A DNA stretch of 64,000 bases from an uncultured virus (IMG/VR IMGVR_UViG_3300024999_000050) (taxonomy: Duplodnaviria; Heunggongvirae; Uroviricota; Caudoviricetes), in IMG/VR virus record IMGVR_UViG_3300024999_000050, one strand, 5' to 3'. Below the pieces are notes generated by a model. That model saw only the letters and a list, made by a program, of their open reading frames with translations. It had not been told where the DNA came from and did not search any database. Shown piece after piece: positions 56,511 to 64,000 of this stretch. The position numbers and the translations under genes are program-made. Positions within the stretch are counted from its first letter, which is position 1; each line of letters opens with the position of its first letter.

Positions 56511-57529
56511 CTGTGATCCACCCCCAAATTAAAAAACAATGGAAGAGGACCAGAATAATCGTCTGATTGTTCAACTTTTATCGTAAAATCAAAAAGACCA
56601 AGAGGATTTAGAAAACCAAGACTTAAGGATTCTAAACCATTTATAGTTACCCATTGGTATCCGAACTTTGTTTCATATTGTTCTGTAAAAATATTTATGT
56701 TTGTAGCTGTAGTCTCTGTTTTAGGATTGAAAAGCTGCAAAGGAATTTCTAAAACTCCATTTCGCATAATCCCCAAGTTTGTTAGGTCTGTCGTTGACAA
56801 TTCTTGTCCATCTTTCAATACTTGAAGATATGATCCAGATTCGTAAACATCTCCACCAGAAAAAATTGTTTCTAAATTATCTAACTCGTTACTTAATTCA
56901 TCTTTTAATATTACTCTTCCATTGAGAGGCATTGTCGATAATGTAAAATCTAAACCATTACTATCATCTGGAACAACTTTTGATTCTATCAATACTGATT
57001 CACTATCATATAATTCAACAACTTGTCCTGGTAATATGTTTCTTATTTTTAATGAGTCTCCAAGGCTTACTAAGACCCTTTTAACATCAAAAGGTATGTT
57101 TCCTTGTTTTAAGATAAAGCCACAGGATATAGCCCCTAGAAACTCTGTCTTGTCTATAAATTTAATACCGTTCTCCTGTATTCCATAGAAAGACCAAAGA
57201 CCATTTTCTTTTACTGTTCTAAAACCTATAAAATCTTCTTCCGCTAAATCTAAATCTTTCAATAATTCTAATCTCTCATAGGAATTCCTCCAAACCAATA
57301 GTCCAGCTTGTGAAATATTATCTTGAGGAGCGAAGTCGGAATAGATGTCTATGACAATATTATTTTCTGCCGGAAGATCAAATAAAGCGAAACATTCTAC
57401 ATCCGATTGTATTAATCTCAAATAATCAATTCCTAGAGAATAGTTTTCTGAAGAAAATTTCCACCTATCATTTAGACTTCTAAAAGTATCTTCGAAATAA
57501 AGGCCACTTCTTGATTTATATAAACCCAA
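56507..57529 (-). CDS. Putative structural protein, ConA/lectin-like N-terminal beta sandwich
   Basis: QAGLLVW, beta-rich composition. Confidence 0.65.
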   Translation of the reverse strand: MGLYKSRSGLYFEDTFRSLNDRWKFSSENYSLGIDYLRLIQSDVECFALFDLPAENNIVIDIYSDFAPQDNISQAGLLVWRNSYERLELLKDLDLAEEDFIGFRTVKENGLWSFYGIQENGIKFIDKTEFLGAISCGFILKQGNIPFDVKRVLVSLGDSLKIRNILPGQVVELYDSESVLIESKVVPDDSNGLDFTLSTMPLNGRVILKDELSNELDNLETIFSGGDVYESGSYLQVLKDGQELSTTDLTNLGIMRNGVLEIPLQLFNPKTETTATNINIFTEQYETKFGYQWVTINGLESLSLGFLNPLGLFDFTIKVEQSDDYSGPLPLFFNLGVDHR

Positions 57530-57539
57530 TCTTAAACAC

Positions 57540-59918
57540 CTACCTTGTTTTCTTTCCAGGCCAGTTAGACCAGAAATAAGGTCTTCCCATTATGAGCCAT
57601 ATTAATTCACTACTTTCTTCTTCTTTCTCGGTTAAATTAACATCTTTAATTATACTTATAGGTATAACTTGTTTTATCCTTAAAGCATTTTCTATTGAAT
57701 CATTTATCAAAAGTATCTCTTTGTTTATTCTGTTAAAAAAAGAATCTTTTGATTTTCTGATAATTATTTCTGGCCTATTAATAACAAATTCTTTTTGCTC
57801 TTTCAATTCTGTTATAATTTCATTATTTAACCTAAGAAGTTTTTTCTGTTTAGGTATAACTATAGGTAAAATATTATCCCTAACCATATCTTTAAAATCT
57901 GTTACCCTAGTTATAATTTCTTTGTTTTTTAGACTTGATAGCTTTCTTTTTCTAATCTTTATCGGAAGAACTTTTTTATTTTTTGTAAAATTCATTAATG
58001 GAGAGAGAACAGATTCTAAAATAGCCCTACCTTTCATCTCCTCCAAAGAATCTACTATAAATTTTTCAGTAATATTTCTTGTTGCCATTAAGTCTTCTAA
58101 GACATAAAGAATATTTTCCCGAAGTATTGGAGTAGCTCCGGAAGGTAGTTCTATTAATTCTGACATCATACTTGGTTGATTAAATTCTGAGAAATCTATA
58201 AGGGAGAATTCTTCTAACGATTCTCTCCTTGAAAAACTTTCGCTATTCAATATTTCAAAATCATATATTTCATTCTTTGTGCTTAATTTGCTTTTTTCAA
58301 CATCTACTATTCTTATATTATAAGGAGTAAGATTTAATAGTTCCTGAAAATAAACTTCACCAACCAGACCTTTATCTCCAGAGATTATTTTACTTTCTAA
58401 TAACTCCTCAATAGGAATAATTCTATTAAATTGTGTAAGATAATCTTCGATAGACTCTATTTCAGAAACAAGACTATTCCCCAAGAAATTATCTGGAATA
58501 AATACGTTGTAATTTTGGTGGGGAGATCCCTCAATAATACTTTCGCCCCTTATTTCGTGAATATTTGAATTAGCAAAATCCATAAATCTATCAGAAGGGA
58601 TAACTTCTTCTATTTGATCTTTATAGAACATTCTTCCGTTTTCAATTATTGACTCAGAAATATTTATTTTATTTGAAACGATATCATTTGAAACCGTTAA
58701 GACAAGATTATTTTCCAAAGACATTTCTTTATTTTCTGATATTTCTGACTCAAAAATATTGTTCTTATCAAACTCTGGAGAAGATGTTAAATCTATTTCA
58801 ACTGTTTGATTATTGACAAACTCTTTGCTTGAATCAATATTAAAGACAACTATATCTTTTTTGGATAATTCTTTTTCTTGAATTATAGAGAATGGAATTT
58901 CTGGAGATATTCTTTCAGAAGAGCTTATAGAAATTAATTCTGATAAGGGGTAATGTGGTTCCAATAAATAAGTTTCCGAAAGTAAAAATTCTTCTTCTGG
59001 AATAATTCTTTCTAAATTCATACTCTTAACAAAATCTTCTCCATAATTGACCTGGAGAATATTTAAGATTTTTTCGGTTAAAGGATTCTCCGCTGTTAAA
59101 CTTTTTCTCATTAAATCTTTAATCCAATGGATATCTATAACTACCTTATTCTCTAAATCAAAGGATTTAATTTCTTCTGGTAGTTCCAAGATATTATCCT
59201 TAAAAGATAGTTCTGGATTAAATAAATTGTTTGGCTGAAAATACATTTCATTATTTATTTTCTGAGAAGAGCTAAGAGAATCTTTTTCAAACTCATCTAT
59301 TAAAATAGCCTTCTCAGAATCAATTCCAGAATCTATTTCTACTTCTGAGACTACTTCCTCCTTAGAATCTTTTAAATAAATTACAGTATCAATAACTTCT
59401 CTTGCTATACCAACCTGAAGACTATTACTAACCTCTGTTTCTAAATTGTTAAACATTCTTGAATCTTTACTCTCAATTTCTACTATTTCTAAATTATTTA
59501 ATACTTCTGATTTTTTATCATCAATAATTACTGTTTCTAAATTATTTATCAGATATCCTTTTATCTCTTGAAGGATATCTTTTACTTCTAATTCTTTTTT
59601 ATAAAAATCAAAATAATTATTTTCAGATTCCAACCAAACATATCCTACTTTGTTTCCATATTTTTTTTCGTTATTAGTTACAATTTCTTGAATATCTTTT
59701 TTTATAGATTCTACAAAGTCAGAAAGAATGCTTTCAACTTCAACTACCCTTCTAGTAAAACCTCTATTTATCCTTAATTCCTTTCCATCACATTTACTAT
59801 AATGGGGCAAGGTAAGAGGAGTCTTTAAGTATTGTCCTGAGAAAAGAATTGGACATTCTAACCCATACTTTTTGAAAAAAGTATGGGAGACGATACTCAA
59901 AGAATAAATTTTCTTCAT
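57540..59918 (-). CDS. Large E/I/S-rich repetitive structural protein
   Basis: 792-aa ORF, acidic body, basic C-terminal part, W-rich end. Confidence 0.75.
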   Translation of the reverse strand: MKKIYSLSIVSHTFFKKYGLECPILFSGQYLKTPLTLPHYSKCDGKELRINRGFTRRVVEVESILSDFVESIKKDIQEIVTNNEKKYGNKVGYVWLESENNYFDFYKKELEVKDILQEIKGYLINNLETVIIDDKKSEVLNNLEIVEIESKDSRMFNNLETEVSNSLQVGIAREVIDTVIYLKDSKEEVVSEVEIDSGIDSEKAILIDEFEKDSLSSSQKINNEMYFQPNNLFNPELSFKDNILELPEEIKSFDLENKVVIDIHWIKDLMRKSLTAENPLTEKILNILQVNYGEDFVKSMNLERIIPEEEFLLSETYLLEPHYPLSELISISSSERISPEIPFSIIQEKELSKKDIVVFNIDSSKEFVNNQTVEIDLTSSPEFDKNNIFESEISENKEMSLENNLVLTVSNDIVSNKINISESIIENGRMFYKDQIEEVIPSDRFMDFANSNIHEIRGESIIEGSPHQNYNVFIPDNFLGNSLVSEIESIEDYLTQFNRIIPIEELLESKIISGDKGLVGEVYFQELLNLTPYNIRIVDVEKSKLSTKNEIYDFEILNSESFSRRESLEEFSLIDFSEFNQPSMMSELIELPSGATPILRENILYVLEDLMATRNITEKFIVDSLEEMKGRAILESVLSPLMNFTKNKKVLPIKIRKRKLSSLKNKEIITRVTDFKDMVRDNILPIVIPKQKKLLRLNNEIITELKEQKEFVINRPEIIIRKSKDSFFNRINKEILLINDSIENALRIKQVIPISIIKDVNLTEKEEESSELIWLIMGRPYFWSNWPGKKTR

Positions 59919-59936
59919 AATCGTCTCCCCTTTATT

Positions 59937-61934
59937 TTATTCTACAGGATCTTTTTCTTTGAATACAGCCAGTCCAATAGGATTGTATGGGGTTATCCCA
60001 TCTATTCTGTAAGGGGTTCTGGGAGTCGTAGGTAAGACAAATTTATAAACATGGTTGTAAGAATAAGATACCAAAATAATAGCTTTATTTACTGCTGCTG
60101 TATTTAAGGTTATTGTTTTTGTTTCTTCGTCATAAACAAAACCTGTTGTTTCAATACATTCATCTTCACTATTGATTGTTACTACAAGACCCTCTTTCCC
60201 ACCTGTAGGGGCATGAGGGACATGGAATATCTTATTGATTCCGTCACCAGTTCCAACCTGATAAAGACTGACATCTTCCTGAATTTCAAACTCATTATTT
60301 TGATAAACATTTTTCGGGTGCATAGCAAAAACATCGTCCAGTTTTCCTACATACCCGTCGTTAGGATGAACCAAATATATTTCAGATAAATGATATTTAC
60401 CGGAATAAACCGAAGGATTGTATCTTCCTTCTCCTGAATCTATTGCTTTGTCGTGAGTTATAAAAGCAAAATAATGAGTTTGATAATATGCTCCACCTAT
60501 TGATTGTTGTAGTAAAGGACTAGAATTTCCATTACTTGTCCCCGGTCCGTAATCAACTATGGAATTTCCAAGTTTTTTATTTGCTGACCATAAAATTTCA
60601 TCAGTATCTTTACACCCACCAATAAGAACCATATTCTTTCTTGGAGATTTCCCTATTGTTTGTAGTCTTCCAGCGTACAAAGTGGAGAAGTAGGCTAATT
60701 CTGCTCCTACAGCCGGATCTGGTCTTATAAATAAAATCATTCTATCCTTATTAATGTTTCCCCAGAAATAGATAGAACTATCTCTCTGCCATCCTCTACC
60801 AAAGTTTGTTTCCGAAGTAAAAGAAACAACTGTCGGAAGTGAAGGGAATGAATAATTCAATGAATTATAAACAGCCCCCATTAGAGACTGAGTATTTAAG
60901 CCATCAAAAGTTGCTGAAGATATATCTGGAATAGTTACTGAAAAATCTCCTATAGAAGTGCTATTATAAATAGTCGTTGTATATATAACATCTATTTTTT
61001 GACCTGTTCCTGGAGCGTTTTCAAAGTCTATTATTCCTTCTACATAGTTAACTGTATAATCAGTATCTATTTCTTTTAATAATCCACCAACCGTAACTTC
61101 TAACAGAGAATCCTCTTTTATTGGTTTTATAGGTACGGAGAATTCTGTTTCTTCTCCATCCCCAGTTCCTATAGTTACATCTAATTCACTGTTGAAAAGT
61201 ATTAAGTATTTTGCTGTTATTTCTACTTGAGATAATGGAGCAGTATTAAATGTCACTTCTCCCAGGGTGTAATCTATCGTGTAATTAGAGGTAGTTACTC
61301 CATTGAGATAAACAGTAAGAGAATCTGGTTTAATAGGAGTATTAGGTATAAGAAATTTTGTGGTAGTACCATTACCAGTTCCTATTGAGACCGGACTTCC
61401 TCCATCTTGTATTAAACTCTGATTTTCTAAAAATATATTGTTAAAAGTAAAGAATATTAGTTTAGTAGGAGGCTCTGGAGCAGAACTTCCTAATTTATAT
61501 GTTACTGTTATAAGACTATTTAGTTCTGGTGCTACAGAAAATCTTATCCTTCCTCTTTCTTTTTCTAATGTATAATCTGTTGATTTTATTTCTACTCCAT
61601 TTTTGTAAAGAGTAAAAATAGAAGTATCAACTGGATATAGTTTTAATTGAAAATCAGTTTTAACCCCATCCCCAAGTCCTACTAAACCTAAAGGGGAATC
61701 GTTAAAAATAATTCTGTTATCGTTAAACAATGAATTGGATGTATTGTATCCGTAGACAATTCCTAGAAATCTAGTTTGGAGATCTGATCCTAGAGACTTA
61801 AAAAGCCTAACCTCTCCAAAATTAAAACCATTTTTTATTCTATACTTTAAAAAATTATTCCAACCGTTTTTCGACAACTCTGTACTTAAATCATCGACAA
61901 TAGATTGGACATATGAAGAATAATCAACCCACAT
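59937..61934 (-). CDS. Structural protein with four G-x-G-D/N-G-xxx-F Ig-like repeats
   Basis: GLGDGVKTDF, GTGNGTTTKF, GTGDGEETEF, GTGDGINKIF; YNPSVYSGK..VHPNDGYVG core. Confidence 0.8.
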   Translation of the reverse strand: MWVDYSSYVQSIVDDLSTELSKNGWNNFLKYRIKNGFNFGEVRLFKSLGSDLQTRFLGIVYGYNTSNSLFNDNRIIFNDSPLGLVGLGDGVKTDFQLKLYPVDTSIFTLYKNGVEIKSTDYTLEKERGRIRFSVAPELNSLITVTYKLGSSAPEPPTKLIFFTFNNIFLENQSLIQDGGSPVSIGTGNGTTTKFLIPNTPIKPDSLTVYLNGVTTSNYTIDYTLGEVTFNTAPLSQVEITAKYLILFNSELDVTIGTGDGEETEFSVPIKPIKEDSLLEVTVGGLLKEIDTDYTVNYVEGIIDFENAPGTGQKIDVIYTTTIYNSTSIGDFSVTIPDISSATFDGLNTQSLMGAVYNSLNYSFPSLPTVVSFTSETNFGRGWQRDSSIYFWGNINKDRMILFIRPDPAVGAELAYFSTLYAGRLQTIGKSPRKNMVLIGGCKDTDEILWSANKKLGNSIVDYGPGTSNGNSSPLLQQSIGGAYYQTHYFAFITHDKAIDSGEGRYNPSVYSGKYHLSEIYLVHPNDGYVGKLDDVFAMHPKNVYQNNEFEIQEDVSLYQVGTGDGINKIFHVPHAPTGGKEGLVVTINSEDECIETTGFVYDEETKTITLNTAAVNKAIILVSYSYNHVYKFVLPTTPRTPYRIDGITPYNPIGLAVFKEKDPVE

Positions 61935-63401
61935 TTATTCCATCTCCTTTTCGTAAAACCCGATACCTGCCGGCCTATAAACTGTTCCCGGTCTTTTTGT
62001 AAAAGGGGATATTGATCCAATAGAAAAATACCTATAAAGATCGAATTTATTAGGACAGTTTGCTTTCCTTATTTTTAGTTTATCTGAATTAATCATCGAC
62101 ATTCCAGGGAAAAGTATTATGTTTGGGAGAAATCCCCGAACCCCCTCTTCCGGATGAACGACGTAAGCCCTAGAACTATGAATTTTATTACTATAAGCCG
62201 AAGGATTAAATTTATAATTCATCAAAGAATCCAGATACGCTCTAGGATAATCCAAAACGGAAGATCCTGAAGGTCCCGATATTATTTTAGATCTTTCTGG
62301 AGGCATACTATTAGGTGGGGCATTCCAACTAAGATATCCTGCTTGATACCTAGAACCATATTTAGATCTATGAATCATTATATTATCAATTCCATTTCCA
62401 CAAAGAGAACCATAATTCTTAAGTATTGGCATTATAGAAGAATCTTCTGGGGAAATAAATGGATCGGAACTATCATAGTCTATAAAAGATTCTTTTGATT
62501 CTAAGGCACTTCCGGTTATTATTACATCTGAATATTTATCTGTTTCAGAAAGAGACTCTATTTTACCCCAATATAGAGGTATTGAGGGAACTAGATTATT
62601 TTCAAAATTGCCGGAATTGTCGGCTTGTAAAATAAAAAATAAAGAATTTTCATCTAAATGTCCAGATAATCTTAAAAGACTATCTGACCATAAGTTATTC
62701 GTGCTTACTAAAAAACCTTCGTTATAGTTTGTATTCTTTACTTCTAAATCTGGTGTTCGTAGATTTATAGGAACTATGGGAGATTGCATACATTCTGGTT
62801 TTGCAACAAAAATTTTAAAAACAGGACTGGCACTAAATTTCAAAAAACCAGTCTTTTTAATTTCTATATCCAAAGAAGCTTTCTTAAAATCACCCAATAT
62901 ACCCTCATCCCATGCCATAACTACGTCTTCTCCGTCTGTGATATCTGGAATCTTTTCTGTCATATAAGTATAGATAGTAGAATTTCTTCTGTAGTTAGGG
63001 AATTTGGAAGTAACCCACTCACCAAGCAATTTGTAACCTGTTTTATCTTTGATTTCTATACCATTTTCAGGTGTTGGAATTTCTTCGGTATCTAATATTG
63101 GTACTATATCTACGGGAATAGATCCATAAAACATTTCAAAATATCCATAAGAAGCTAAACCGAAGTAAATATCAGGACTTTCTACACCTTCTGGTTTTTG
63201 TGGTGAAAAAATAAAATGCTCTGCAATATGAAATTCTATAGGAAAATTACTCTGTAAAGGAGAAATTGGGTTTATAAAATTCGCTCCAAAAACAACTTTC
63301 TTGAAATGCGATTCTAAAGTCCATCCTTCAGATTCCAATAATTCTTGAAACCCAATTTGAATTTTAGATTCTTCGATCATTTTCTCATCTATCCAAGGCA
63401 T
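61935..63401 (-). CDS. Structural protein, paralog family with FNPS-Y-S..HPEEGVRG core
   Basis: C-terminus aligns by eye with both neighbours. Confidence 0.8.
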   Translation of the reverse strand: MPWIDEKMIEESKIQIGFQELLESEGWTLESHFKKVVFGANFINPISPLQSNFPIEFHIAEHFIFSPQKPEGVESPDIYFGLASYGYFEMFYGSIPVDIVPILDTEEIPTPENGIEIKDKTGYKLLGEWVTSKFPNYRRNSTIYTYMTEKIPDITDGEDVVMAWDEGILGDFKKASLDIEIKKTGFLKFSASPVFKIFVAKPECMQSPIVPINLRTPDLEVKNTNYNEGFLVSTNNLWSDSLLRLSGHLDENSLFFILQADNSGNFENNLVPSIPLYWGKIESLSETDKYSDVIITGSALESKESFIDYDSSDPFISPEDSSIMPILKNYGSLCGNGIDNIMIHRSKYGSRYQAGYLSWNAPPNSMPPERSKIISGPSGSSVLDYPRAYLDSLMNYKFNPSAYSNKIHSSRAYVVHPEEGVRGFLPNIILFPGMSMINSDKLKIRKANCPNKFDLYRYFSIGSISPFTKRPGTVYRPAGIGFYEKEME

Positions 63402-63416
63402 TTCCTAAAACCTCCT

Positions 63417-64000
63417 TTATTCTGTTTTTTCAAAAATACCAATACCCATAGGTCTATAAACTGTGCTAGGCCTACTTGTAAATGGTGATATTCCACTTAT
63501 TTCTTTGAAGATATAATAATCGTATTTATTAGGACAAAATTCACTCGTAGCCTTCAATTTATCCTCATCTATTAAAGAAAGAGGATTTATTGCAACACAT
63601 AATCTTAAATTACCCCTAACTCCCTCTTCAGGGCTTATAACAGAAATCTCAGAAGACATTCCTTCTTCTGAATATCCCGAAGGATTAAATTGATAAAGAA
63701 ATTCATCTTCTGAATTCTGACCCCAAGACCTCGGATATTTATTATTCCCTATTCGGTCTGGAGATACTAGATTAGAAATAGTATTCCAAGACAGATAATG
63801 AGATTTATAATATGACCCGTTTTTATTTTTCATAACCATAACATTATTAATAGCATTTGCCGGATTCGATTCGTAAGTTTTAGATAACGGTAATATTGTT
63901 TCTATAGGTTCATTAGATGAATCATCAAAGTTATAATTTGTTTCGTTTGGAGTTGTTCCTGTTATTAATACTATTGTTCTTTCTTCTGTTTCTTCTAAAT
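63417..64000 (-). CDS. Partial structural protein (5' end outside window), paralog of 61935-63401
   Basis: Frame stays open upstream of 63839 and keeps aligning (LPLSKTY..NAINNVMV vs MPILKNY..NGIDNIMI). Confidence 0.8.
   Translation of the reverse strand, partial: LEETEERTIVLITGTTPNETNYNFDDSSNEPIETILPLSKTYESNPANAINNVMVMKNKNGSYYKSHYLSWNTISNLVSPDRIGNNKYPRSWGQNSEDEFLYQFNPSGYSEEGMSSEISVISPEEGVRGNLRLCVAINPLSLIDEDKLKATSEFCPNKYDYYIFKEISGISPFTSRPSTVYRPMGIGIFEKTE

Noticed and set aside
8886..63095. Numerous plus-strand ORFs antisense to long genes (e.g. 8886, 16249, 29594, 36369, 57592)
   Set aside because: Shadow frames of well-supported minus-strand genes, Ser/Phe/Leu-rich, no RBS
1..64000. tRNA, rRNA, reverse transcriptase, capsid/terminase genes
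   Set aside because: None recognised in this window by eye; a tRNAscan/Infernal run would be needed to exclude small RNAs

Overview
64 kb of an AT-rich, large, probably temperate tailed phage (or excised prophage) of a Bacillota host. Clostridia-like is inferred from sigA-type promoters, GGAGG RBSs, a Cu-amine-oxidase N-terminal domain protein and a Spo0A-like box. Almost all genes are on the minus strand. Left to right: a GC-rich repeat region (1-~460); small accessory genes including a Csx16-like protein; an intein-containing, probably multispecific C5 methyltransferase and a DNA ligase; dTTP supply genes; a recombination and DNA-modification cluster (FEN, HU, NusG, RuvC, HNH, PAPS-reductase-like, SbcC, MT-A70, TGT/DpdA-like, DUF6884-like, split SbcD, radical SAM, RecA, SSB); DnaE; a switch region (zinc-finger sigma-like gene, XRE repressor, attP-like site, serine integrase); primase, helicases and initiator; holin; tail/structural genes running off the right end. 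Best novelty candidates: a K/R-K/R-I/V-K-Y/F motif shared by the termini of many DNA-handling proteins; a TGT + DUF6884 + radical SAM modification cluster; a stop codon at the exact centre of a 27-bp palindrome whose inversion restores the gene; a sigma-like factor with C2H2 zinc fingers; and a Crp/Fnr box at -41.5 of a candidate repressor promoter. All family calls are by-eye motif recognition; no database search was run.
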